A stretch of 62,918 nucleotides of DNA, counting the filler, from Octopus bimaculoides (lineage: Eukaryota): NCBI RefSeq assembly GCF_001194135.2. It is 4 parts of 3 records of this genome, joined end to end, with 100 filler letters (N's around TTAATTAATTAA, not from the genome) between each part and the next. Parts side by side here need not be neighbours in the genome. Positions count along the whole stretch, not along the records: positions 1 to 17,438 come from NC_068991.1; 3 more parts are not named here. The stretch is one strand, 5' to 3'. The notes beneath the pieces are model-generated. The model had not been told where the DNA came from, searched no databases, and saw only the letters and a program-made list of their open reading frames with translations. The position numbers and the translations under genes were made by a program. Positions 1 to 11,679 of this stretch are shown here, piece by piece. How positions within the stretch are numbered: the stretch's first letter is position 1; each line of letters begins with the position of its first letter.

Positions 1-808
1 ATATATATATTTATACATACACACACACATATATAGATAGAGAGAGATTAGGTGTAGCTTTTCGTTCAATACCCAACTTGGCTCTGATTCAGGGCTAACT
101 TGGATACTAAACAAAAGCATTCCAGCTATGACCATCCCATCTTTTCCTTCACTTTGTAGTGAATAAGGACTGCTATAACCCACTGTGCTTTTTTCCTAAA
201 TTGTAGAATGTTATTTGTGAAACATTTGGCTGCTATTTCTAACAGATGAAGTGACCACAAATAGATTTCCTCATTCCCTTATCTAGAATGGAGTTGTGGG
301 AACAACACAGATCGTTAGAGTGAAATTGTGAATAAAACAAAGAAAAATATCGTAAATCCCTTTCTCAAGAAAAATATTAGATTTGAATAAACTCCAAGAT
401 TACTGCTTAGCATTGTCTGTGTCACTGGGTCCAGCACAACAAAGAATAATTGTGGAAAATGGCGTGGGGCTTAGAGAAAGATTTATTGATATATATACTG
501 CAATGGAATGGTTTATTAAAAGGTTTAAAATAATAGCAATTATTATTATTTGTGTGTGTGTGCAGGTTTTAAACAAATAGCTTTGTAAAATATTTCTGTG
601 CCAAATACAGCTGAAAGCGTTGTTGATTACAAGGGAGACAACTCTGCTTTTACCAACATTATTTGGGACATGAAATCACTTTTGGGTCCACGCCCTTAAG
701 AAATTACGTCTTTACTTGTTTGATGGACTGCAACTTTACAGAGCATGTTTATCACTTTCTGCCTTTCTCTCTCTCACTACATATATCATATAATACTGTA
801 CACTTCGG

Positions 809-852
<44 letters not shown>

Positions 853-1552
853 TATACATTATTTTGGAAGAACAAGCAGGAGATAAGTAGAACTTATTAT
901 GTTAGTTTTCAACGCTTGATTATAAATATTTTATAANNNNNNNNNNNNNNNNNNNNNNNNNNNNNNNNNNNNNNNNNNNNNNNNNNNNNNNNNNNNNNNN
1001 NNNNNNNNNNNNNNNNNNNNNNNNNNNNNNNNNNNNNNNNNNNNNNNNNNNNNNNNNNNNNNNNNNNNNNNNNNNNNNNNNNNNNNNNNNNNNNNNNNNN
1101 NNNNNNNNNNNNNNNNNNNNNNNNNNNNNNNNNNNNNNNNNNNNNNNNNNNNNNNNNNNNNNNNNNNNNNNNNNNNNNNNNNNNNNNNNNNNNNNNNNNN
1201 NNNNNNNNNNNNNNNNNNNNNNNNNNNNNNNNNNNNNNNNNNNNNNNNNNNNNNNNNNNNNNNNNNNNNNNNNNNNNNNNNNNNNNNNNNNNNNNNNNNN
1301 NNNNNNNNNNNNNNNNNNNNNNNNNNNNNNNNNNNNNNNNNNNNNNNNNNNNNNNNNNNNNNNNNNNNNNNNNNNNNNNNNNNNNNNNNNNNNNNNNNNN
1401 NNNNNNNNNNNNNNNNNNNNNNNNNNNNNNNNNNNNNNNNNNNNNNNNNNNNNNNNNNNNNNNNNNNNNNNNNNNNNNNNNNNNNNNNNNNNNNNNNNNN
1501 NNNNNNNNNNNNNNNNNNNNNNNNTATATATATATATATATATATATATATA

Positions 1553-1716
1553 CGACAGGTTCTTTTCAGTTTCCGTCTACCAAATCCACTCACAAGGCTT
1601 TGGTCGGCCCGAGGCTATAGTAGAAGACACTTGCCCAAGATGCCACGTAGTGGGACTGAACCCAAAACCATGTGGTTGGTAAGCAAGCTACTTACCACAC
1701 AGTCACTCCTGCACCT
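1553..1716 (-). mobile_element. SINE family A, head plus CORE-like part (octopus OR-type tRNA-derived SINE)
   Basis: Reverse complement reads AGGTGCAGGAGTGACTGTGTGGTAAG..GGTTCAGTCCC..CTTGGGCAAGTGTCTTC..GGAAACTGAAAAGAACC. Near-identical copies recur throughout the window. CTTGGGCAAGT resembles the CORE domain. Confidence 0.85.
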
Positions 1717-2363
1717 ATATGTAGAAACAACCATTAACTAAAGGATTATTTAAGCACAATAATGCATTTACTTTTACAAGGAAAAGGCTTTTCAGACTGT
1801 CAAATGAGGGTAACTGAACTGAAACTTCAAAGTCACTCTCAACAATTTCCTAGTAAAAATGTGTGTGTGTGTGTATTTGAACCTACTTGTATGTGTATCT
1901 TCCTATTAGTGTTGGGAATCTCAAATCTTGATCTTCTTATATTTGCAGATATTTCAGTTGCCTTTGCCCTAATTCTCCTCCAAAAGAAGCAGGAGATTCT
2001 GTCAACCAAGATGAAATTTATCATGACACAGCCATTAATTGGGGACCTGGTCTCTTCTGGCGCTTAGATATTGCCATCCCTCTAGCACCATTTGAAATCA
2101 GTTTTTCAAAATGGCATGGCAACTAATAAGCTATCAAGTGAATTCCAAAACTTTTGAAGATAAATAATTGCAATGGAAAGGTATTTCTGTCTATTTGCTA
2201 ATTTTTTTTCCTGTAAAATTTACTCCTTGAAATAAAAATTTAGTTTATTCAAAAAAAGGATTTGTGTCTCTTATTGTGATTCTTCAGTTTCCAGCAAACT
2301 ATTACAAGTCAGAAATATATTATTTACATTTGACGGATATTTGTCCTCATCTTGTTTGTTGTT

Positions 2364-2409
2364 AATACAACGTTTTGGCTGATACACCCTCCAGCCTTCA
2401 TCAGGTGTC
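2364..2409 (-). ncRNA. Minimal type I hammerhead ribozyme motif, degenerate (G12>A)
   Basis: Minus strand GACAC CTGATGA A GGCTGG AGGGTGTA TCAGCC AAAAC GTT GTATT. The GAAA core is mutated to AAAA. Confidence 0.6.
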
Positions 2410-2456
2410 ATGGGGAAATTTCAAACCTGGGTTCTCATTCCTAAGATAGTTTTCAA

Positions 2457-2509
<53 letters not shown>

Positions 2510-2716
2510 TCACTGCCTGGAATCAAACTCAGAATTTTGGGATTAGTAGCCCTCACTCTTAACCACTATGCCATATTCCCGTGGGTGTAGTGGTTAAGAG
2601 TGCGGGCTACTAACCCCAAGATTCTGAGTTCGATTCCAGGTAGTTACCTGAATAATAATAATAATAACATCGAAAAATACCTTAAGAGTGAGAACCTAGA
2701 TTTGATATTTCCCCAA

Positions 2717-2762
2717 GACACCTGATGAAGGCTAGAGGGTATATCAGCTGAAACGGTGTGTT
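2717..2762 (+). ncRNA. Minimal type I hammerhead ribozyme motif, degenerate (cleavage triplet mutated)
   Basis: GACAC CTGATGA A GGCTAG AGGGTATA TCAGCT GAAAC GGT GTGTT. Core CUGAUGA/GAAA intact, triplet GTT>GGT, stem II weakened. Confidence 0.6.
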
Positions 2763-5700
2763 AAAAACAAACAAGATGAGGACAAATATCTGTCAATTGT
2801 AAATAATGTACATAATTCCTAATCTCTTAAATATAGAACTGTAAGTCAGACAGTTACAGAAACATTGAGAAACATATAAAAGAATAACTTAACTCAGGCA
2901 CAACACCATGTTCATGGACTGATAGGTCACAATGTCAAAATATTATCTCAATCAGGATTAAGAAATGAAAAAAATTAAATTATTTCATCTGGAAAATAAG
3001 AACCAAGCTGTTGCTGTATTACTATCCTATTTCGTTAAACTAATGAGTCAATCATCTTAAAAGCTTTTTTTTTATATAATTTAAGATCAAGATCTCCACC
3101 CTTTTCACCAACACTCACTACACTGCAGATTTATTTGCCAATTATATCAACAACCATACCCAGGGTCGCTTTCATTACCCAACAAGTAGGCTGTGGTCAT
3201 TGCAAGACTATGGCAGATGATATTTGTTTAAGGGGCCACACAGTGTCACCATGGCAGGTGAATTTCGGGGACTGATTTCTCATAGCCAGAACCTCAAAAC
3301 TAAGGACTTGTAAAGTGAACTTTTTGAAGATGTCAGACTTGTTTTTCATAACTAAGTCGCTTGAAGTGTTGTTATGAAGTGAATGTCTTGGAAGATCTCG
3401 GACTTATTTCTTACGGCTAAGGTCACCTAAACAATGCAGAAATAAGTACGATGCTCAGAGATACAAGATAAGAACGTATCCCTGCATTTGATGGAAGTCC
3501 ATAGCTCTCGAAATGATGGTTCAATACATCATCACCTACCTCACCATCCATACACAGACTTGATTCTTTAATTAGATAAGAAGCCTTACACTAGTAGAGA
3601 GAGCTAATTATGTCGCTAATTATGTTAGCTGAGCCTGAAGGGTCAATAGAATGCCTCCAGTGGTGTTCAAACACATGGCTGCTTGAAATATTATAAATCT
3701 AATATCTTTTGTAGTTTGCTATTTCTATTTCTCTATTTCATCAAAATGTATGTGTGTATGCATGTGTGTATTTATGTGTGTGTGCATGTATATATGTATG
3801 TATGTGTGTTTATGTGTGTGTGTATTTTTATGTGTGTATGTATATATGTATGTATATGTAAGTGTATGTGTGTGTGTGTATTGCTATTGATGTGTATTTT
3901 CATGTGTATGTATACATGTATATATGTGTGTGTGTGTGTGTGTGTATTGCTACTGATGTGTATTTTTGTGTATATGTATGCATGTATGTATGTATATGTG
4001 TGTGTGTGTGTGTGTGTATTGTTATTGATGTGTATTTTTTTTTGTGTGTGTGTATATATGTGTGTGTGTATATATGTAGGTTGGTAGGTGGGTAGGTAGA
4101 GAGAGAGAGAAAAAGAGTGTGTGTGTTAGAATATCTGGTTGACTTTGAAGAAACCAAAATGAAGAAAGTGTGATACCAAACTAAAACAATTCCATGTATC
4201 ATCACTCATAAAGTTTGATGCATCAACAGAGAGTGATGAGAGAGGTTGTGAATGTTGTTGTTGCTGCTAAATTAAGAAAAAAAAAGATAGGGTCTCCTTG
4301 ATTTGAAGGTGATGAATGTTGAGAATTTAACAATTGAAACCCCAACACAGTTTAGGAGATTAAAAACATTTTAAGGGTAACATTGTTCCCATAGGAAATA
4401 TTAGACCTTATTATGTGGAGGCCAAGCTTTTGCCAGAACCCTTTCAATCATTAATCAAGGTGAAACTGAGGGAACATTAATAAAGGGTCTTGAGAAGAGT
4501 TCCTTTTTCTGAAGGAGTATAAGGGCCATTCTTTTAGTGATTGTGAAAAAGTAGGGATAGAGATCTCAGGACATGTACAGACAATGAAAGAGGTATAAAA
4601 ATGAAGAAATATTTGCAGATTCTTATCCAACTCCAGATACTTTATCGATATTTCATTCTGTTTATCGCATAAATTGTTTGTGATAAATTCTATTAAAAGT
4701 GATCTTATCATCAGATAAAATGCATTCTAAAGCAGGAGAAGTTACCATGATAAATACACAAATGGCTCTTTTAAGATTGTCATGTCTACCGTACAGAATT
4801 AAGACAGACTGATACTAAATTCCGGAGAGAAAATGATGATATCATTGCTTATCGATATAGCGTATGCATTGATGCTAAAACTGTTGAAAATCAACATTGT
4901 TTGACAAACAGGAGCATGATAGAATTAGGAATGGTGAATTATCTTATGAGGGATAGAGGCTGACAAAGGAAGGTGTATTCCTTGATCATCATTTAGTTAT
5001 GAGAAATATGGATATAACAGCACCAAAGAAGAAGAAGCGATTAGAATGTTTTCTCAGACTTATTTCTGCCTGTATCACTTCATAAACATGATGTCACATT
5101 TTCAAGAAGCTTTGAACAACAAAAGGTGTTTGAGTAAATAAAAATTATTTTTTTAAAAACTGATGTTAGTATTAAAGCCACTGAGCAAATAAATAATACA
5201 GCAACAGAAGTTAATTTAAGCCATGTCAAGTTCAATCATAAATACTTCCACAAGAAAACCATTTGTTAAGACTGAAAGGGAAGCTGTGCTGATTGTATGA
5301 TGCACTCAAAGAACATGGTGCTGTCTGCTTAACAGCGAACTGAAAATGGTCTCAGGTCATTGGACACTGGAATCTATCTCAGGTTAAAATTGTGGTTTTA
5401 CTGAAAGGAACGTCAGCACACAGTTTATGGTCGGTTTTACAAAGGACAGCATTTGATTCAGAATTATTCAATGTAATGGGATCTCAAGTACCATTTGTTG
5501 ATGCCTTAAACACTCTTGGAATTTATTTAGAATGTTAGGAAGAATGAATGCAATCTCGATGAAGATTATTCTTTCATTCACCTTGCAAGAATTGTATAGA
5601 TAATAATATTTTCTCTTTTCACAAACTGAATAGATAAAATGTTATTGTAAAACGATAATATTTTATTTGTTATATTGAAAAAAATTATAATTATAATTGA

Positions 5701-7307
5701 AGTAATCATTTTGTTTTTGAAAAAATACTAAAGATATTAAAAATTAAGTTGACAGTTGAAGATTGTATTTTGTACAATGGTGAATTTATTGTTCTACCAA
5801 CTTGTTTGAGAATGCTTTTGAGAATGCTACATAATGGTGTAGAATGTGGATCAACGGCAACAAGGAATCCGTTGAAATTAAAACCCTGTTGGTGATCAGT
5901 TTGCTGTGAAGACTTAGATCAATAGATGTGAAATATTTGACATGTTCATGAATAAAATCTGAATTACCACATACAATGCATACATGGCCAAATATACATG
6001 TGCAGATGGATCATGCTTATCTCAAGATTAAGAACTGTTCCTAATATGTGTTGGTGTTGGTGTTGTGGGCGGCTAACAATAAGAGTTAAGAATAAAGAAG
6101 CAAATGAAATGAAGAACTTCAACAAAATGGATTTATATCTCAAGCAAAGGGTGATACAGATAGGATTCCTGATAATGAAGGGGGTCTATTAGCTGATGGA
6201 GATCAAACGAACAATGACATAATTATTGATAAAGGACAAAATACTGAATCAGAGCCTTGAGCTCTGAATGAGGTTCCAAAATCTGTTACTGCAAATAACC
6301 GTTTAATAACGGATACATGAACAAACACTGCAAATGAGTTAGCAGTTCTCAAAGACTAATCAAAGAAACAGGGTCAGTTGAAGGTGAGTTTCTATCGAAA
6401 GGGTTAATATAACAGGGGTTTCACCAACCATAAACCATTCATTATTTGTTGTGGCTGTTTTTGTATTATGGTCTTTTTTTTTTTACTAAAATTTTGGAAA
6501 GAAAATAAGTCTTGAGAAAAAATTGGTTTCACTAAAAAGAAAAAAAAAGTGAATAATGAATCAAGATGTATTGAACGAAATGATTTTGACTTTGATCTCA
6601 GGTTTATTTAAAGCACAAACAATTAGCTTAGATACAAGAATGGAACCTATTTCTCAAGAGTAGCGGAATCCTCAGAAAAAAAGGCAAAAAGACTTTCAAC
6701 TTAATAATAGGAGTCTGACAAATTGCCATACCTTTGGGCAGAAACAAGAAGAAGAGCCAAAATAGGTGTAAGTTTGTATGTGTGTGTGGGTATTAAATAC
6801 ATACATATATTCACACACACTCATACACACATACTCCCACACACACTCATATACACACACACACATACTCTCATGCACACTTATACACACACATAGCTGG
6901 ATGGACTCTCCACCAGTTTCGACAATGAAGATGAAGCTGTCCAATCAACTGGGTTGCCTGTTAACCAAATTAATGAGGACATGGCTGTGTATTCCTCAGG
7001 AACAAGTGTCATTAATGGAATTCTCAGACAGAATCAGTGTGAATTACAGATACAATCCAACTGACAGACTTCCACACAGCTTCCATCCATCCAATTTCAT
7101 TCATTAGGCATGGATCGACCCAGGCTATGAAAAAATATATTTGCACAACATACCATGCTGGCGAATCAGGGTTACAAAGCAGAGTTCTTGACCATTCGGC
7201 CATACTGCAACTGCTGTATATTTATATGAGTGCGTGTGTGTGCGTGTGTATATATCTATCTATCTATATATATATATATATATATACATATATATATGTA
7301 TATGTGC

Positions 7308-7340
<33 letters not shown>

Positions 7341-7967
7341 NNNNNNNNNNNNNNNNNNNNNNNNNNNNNNNNNNNNNNNNNNNNNNNNNNNNNNNNNNNN
7401 NNNNNNNNNNNNNNNNNNNNNNNNNNNNNNNNNNNNNNNNNNNNNNNNNNNNNNNNNNNNNNNNNNNNNNNNNNNNNNNNNNNNNNNNNNNNNNNNNNNN
7501 NNNNNNNNNNNNNNNNNNNNNNNNNNNNNNNNNNNNNNNNNNNNNNNNNNNNNNNNNNNNNNNNNNNNNNNNNNNNNNNNNNNNNNNNNNNNNNNNNNNN
7601 NNNNNNNNNNNNNNNNNNNNNNNNNNNNNNNNNNNNNNNNNNNNNNNNNNNNNNNNNNNNNNNNNNNNNNNNNNNNNNNNNNNNNNNNNNNNNNNNNNNN
7701 NNNNNNNNNNNNNNNNNNNNNNNNNNNNNNNNNNNNNNNNNNNNNNNNNNNNNNNNNNNNNNNNNNNNNNNNNNNNNNNNNNNNNNNNNNNNNNNNNNNN
7801 NNNNNNNNNNNNNNNNNNNNNNNNNNNNNNNNNNNNNNNNNNNNNNNNNNNNNNNNNNNNNNNNNNNNNNNNNNNNNNNNNNNNNNNNNNNNNNNNNNNN
7901 NNNNNNNNNNNNNNNNNNNNNNNNNNNNNNNNNNNNNNNNNNNNNNNNNNNNNNGATGATGATGATA

Positions 7968-7998
<31 letters not shown>

Positions 7999-8135
7999 GT
8001 ATATATATATATGTGTGTGTATATATGTATGTATACATATGTGTGTGTATATATATATGTATATATATGTGTGAGTGCATATATATATATATATATATAT
8101 GTGTATATATATATGTATATGTGTGTATATATATA

Positions 8136-8318
8136 TCATCATCATCGTTTAATGTCTGCTTTCCATGCTGGCATGGGTTGGACGATTTGACTGACGACTG
8201 GTGAACCAGATGGCTGCACCAGGCTCCAATCTGATCTGGCAGAGTTTTTACAGCTGGATGGCCTTCTTAACGCCAACCACTCTGAGAGTGTAGTGGCTGC
8301 TTTTACATGCCACCAGCA
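8136..8318 (-). mobile_element. Repeat family B: (GAT)n-tailed RTE-like SINE/LINE 3' end
   Basis: (CAT)n followed by CGTTTAATGTCTGCTTTCCATGCTGGCATGGGTTGGACG..CTGGATGGCCTTCTTAACGCCAACC. Many near-identical copies in the window. Confidence 0.8.
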
Positions 8319-8372
8319 TATATGTATATATATGTGTGTATATATGTATATATATGTATATATATGTGTGTA

Positions 8373-8515
<143 letters not shown>

Positions 8516-8728
8516 ATGTGTGTGTGTGTATACGTATATATGTATGTGTGTGTGTGTGTGTATTTTTCTTTGAGTTTTATTTAAATTCTTTTCAAGAGAG
8601 TTCAAGCTGATCACAAACAACACCTGAGTTAAGAGAGTTCTTGGTGTTTGTAAATATGTGGTTGTGTTGGCTGAGTTGTTGATGCATACACCCAAGTGTG
8701 TGTGTGTGTGCGCGCTTATGTATGTATG

Positions 8729-8895
8729 TGGCTGTGTGGTTATGATGTTTATTTCCCAACCACATGGTCTTGGGTTCATTCCCACAAAGTGGCACCCAGG
8801 TAAATGTCTTCCCCTCTCACTTCAAGCTAAGCATAAAACTTCTCAGAGAATTTTGTAAGCAGAAACTGAAAGAAGCCCTTCATAAAGTGTGTGGG
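8729..8895 (+). mobile_element. SINE family A, degenerate
   Basis: GGCTGTGTGGTTA..CCAACCACATGGT..GGGTTCATTCCC..GAAACTGAAAGAAGCCC. Confidence 0.7.
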
Positions 8896-8959
8896 TTCTT
8901 GTATAGCTAATGTTTGATAGTCGTAAATGAGTGTCACTGTCATACAAGCGATGTCATTC

Positions 8960-9128
8960 ATTTCCAGTTTTCTGTGAAAACATGTCAAGTAACGGGGAAA
9001 TATTACCTTGAAAACAGGTAAGGGTTGGCAACAGGAAAGACACCCAACCACAGAAAGTTCACCTCAATAAACTCTGTCCAACCCATGAAAGTTTGGAAAT
9101 GCATACATTAGAACAATGATGATGATGC
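8960..9128 (+). mobile_element. Repeat family B-related tail, plus orientation
   Basis: GGGTTGGCAACAGGAAAGACACCC..CCAACCCATGAAAG..ending in (GAT)n. Confidence 0.6.
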
Positions 9129-10465
9129 CTGTATTCTTTCTAATTTTATTTGATTTCATTCTAAATGACTGATTTCTAGAGTTACACAATGTCTGTAAAT
9201 GACATCTTTCTGAGCTGAGCTGAACATTATCAAGGTATAATTCTCAAATCATCTGATCTTTATAACTACATAATTATAATTTCTTTTCAAGTTTAACTTA
9301 CCAAATTGCACTGATGAGATTGTACAGATTGAAATGTGTTCACAATTAGAAGATTGAATAAACACAAAATTGATTATGTCATTGTATATTTGCTTTTTTG
9401 TTTTTTGTATTTTCTCTATTTTAAAAAAAATATTTTTGTATTTGGTATTTCTAAAAGAAAATAAATACACAGAAAAACAAAATTACATTATTTCACTAAA
9501 AGAAGTGAGCAATAAACTCAGGTGTGTGTGTGTGTGTGTGTGTGTAAATAGAGAGAAATGCGTTTCAGAAAATTAGAATATTGCACAAAAATTAGATATT
9601 TGATGTCAGTTAATTCACAACAAACTTTCAACTGTATTACACTCACTGAATCTAAACTGATCTATCACCAGTATTTTTGCCAATATTAGCTCTCACCTAT
9701 TGTTGCCACACAAGGACAATTAAAAATCTAATACCTCAAAATATCAAAATATGATATCTGACCACCCAAACCGTATCATTACAATAGAGATCTCACTCTC
9801 TGTTCATGCACCAAACTTGCAGATGTCAGTACACATGCACCTTCATGCCAAAGTCTTGGTACTTTTGGGAGAGATACAACAGTTCTGTCTCACTGCTTTC
9901 TACCATTTGCAAGTTTTGTAGCAGCAGTTCTCTGCTTAGATTCGAATTACCTGGCTCAAGCCCCCAGTTTAGAACCACAGCCTAATTATATTTTCATAAA
10001 AGTCCAGGATCAGCTCTGTGAACTTAATTCTATTACCATAAATGACATGGACATCTGCATAAATATTTTTCGACCAATCAATATTGGTTATCATGTCACT
10101 AGTAAAGGCAGCAGGCTTTAAAGAAAAGTTGTGTAAAATCCCACCAAATTGTATTTCTGAAGCTTCTAGAAGCTTTGCTTGGGGTTATAAAAAGCTAGAG
10201 TATTGAACCCTTAAAAATGGTCACCTAAGATCCAACACAGAACTTAGTCATTTTGTTCCCAAAAATATGCACACACTCTTCTTTCCACTTGTTTTTGCAT
10301 GGCATACTTTGTATAACATGCCTGGAAAAGAGTAATCTTGTGTTGAGATGTATGAAATACTTACTTAAATACTTTCCTATGTACAAACATACAGGTAGAC
10401 AGACATATAATTACCTCATACCTTATTCAGCTTGTAATAACTATGTATGTATATCACATTAGAAT

Positions 10466-10685
10466 TATCATCATCATCATCATCATCATTTAACATCTGC
10501 TTTCCATGCTGGTATGGGTTGGACGGTTTGACTGGGGACTAGCAAGCCAGGAGGCTGCACCAGGCTCCAATCTGATCTGACAATGTTTCTACAGCTGGAT
10601 GCCCTTCCTAATGCCAACCACTCCAAAAGTGTAGTGAGTGCTCTTCATGTGCCACCGGCACAGAAACCAGTCAGGCGGCACTGGC
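10466..10685 (-). mobile_element. Repeat family B copy
   Basis: (CAT)n..CTTTCCATGCTGGTATGGGTTGGACGG..CAGCTGGATGCCCTTCCTAATGCCAACC. Confidence 0.8.
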
Positions 10686-11008
10686 TATTATTTCCGTTTT
10701 ATGCATTGTAAAGTCTTCATTATCACATACACACCACCAAATATGTTTTTCAATATAATTCGTTTATTTGTACACTTACAAAATATAACTGTTTGAAATA
10801 ATAATTTTATGGAGAAGCACGTCAGTTATTTGTGGACCCTTCATGTGTAAGAACTCAGCCCTTTATTTCTGACTCTTACCCTTCTATTGCCGTGACCAAC
10901 CCAATAAAAACTGGTGAACCTGACATATCTGTTTCAAAATATAGAAACTCCTTAAATATGACAATACATTAATTGCACCAACAATTAAGGTTATGTGTTT
11001 GTGTTCAT

Positions 11009-11170
11009 AGGTGCAGTGTGGCTGACTGGTTAAGAAGTTTGCTTAGCAGCCATGAGGTCCTGGGTTTGATCCCAGCGAGTAGCATCTTGGACAAGTGCCA
11101 TTTGCTCTTGCTTCGAGTTCTCCCTTACTTTGGGAAGGAAATTGGGAACATGAAAACTGTATAAAAGACT
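11009..11170 (+). mobile_element. SINE family A, degenerate
   Basis: AGGTGCAGTGTGGCTGACTGGTTAAGAAG..GGGTTTGATCCC..CTTGGACAAGTG. Confidence 0.65.
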
Positions 11171-11384
11171 TAGATTGATCGTGCCTGTGTCACTAACTGT
11201 GTCACAAACAGTGTCACACTGGTTCTGTCCCCCCACCCACCACACACACACACACAAATCATGCTGAATAAGCTGTCGAGCAAAACTTAAAGCCAGAAGA
11301 AATTTTATAAAACTGAACCTGAAACTGTTAAAGCCCTGGGTCAACCAATGGCTCATGCGTGGATCTGATAGATCACAGAAACTG

Positions 11385-11580
11385 TATATCTTTGTGTTTG
11401 GTTTTGTCCCTCCGTTCTAGTGCTTGACAACCAGTGTTGGTTTGGTTACATCCCTGTAACTTAGCACTTTGGAAAAAGTGACTGACAAGATGTGCACCAG
11501 GTTTTAAAATAATGACTGGAGTTAATTTGTTCGACTGAACCCAGCATGGTCGCAGTGTAATAGCTGAAACACATAAAAGA
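11385..11580 (-). mobile_element. SINE family A 3' module
   Basis: Reverse complement of GCTTGACAACC..TAACTTAGC..GTCGA..CCCAGCATGGTCGCAGT..GAAAC block, seen in full copies at 28346 and 46943; orientation call tentative. Confidence 0.5.
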
Positions 11581-11581
11581 T

Positions 11582-11625
<44 letters not shown>

Positions 11626-11635
11626 NNNNNNNNNN

Positions 11636-11679
<44 letters not shown>

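Larger units (their letters stand above)
2314..2842. mobile_element. Foldback retroelement: two head-to-head monomers, each tRNA-like head + (AAT)n + Penelope-like tail with hammerhead motif
   Basis: Arms are reverse complements about an axis at ~2578-2585 (CCCGTGGG). Direct repeat AAGTCAGA at 2306-2313 and 2843-2850 (TSD). A/B-box-like TAGTGG and GAGTTCGATTCC in the heads. Confidence 0.85.

Noticed and set aside
2505-2650. Genuine tRNA genes (also the SINE A, C and D heads)
   Set aside because: No complete acceptor stem or oligo-T terminator; they run into repeat bodies and are multi-copy SINE heads.
4310-4375. IETPTQFRRLK resembling the SAMHD1/HD-domain motif
   Set aside because: Too short, followed by a stop, no HD motif downstream.
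5223-5530. TNFR-like Cys pattern or ARID-like KWSQV motif
   Set aside because: Different frames give different plausible-looking motifs, each with stops; not assignable without a search.
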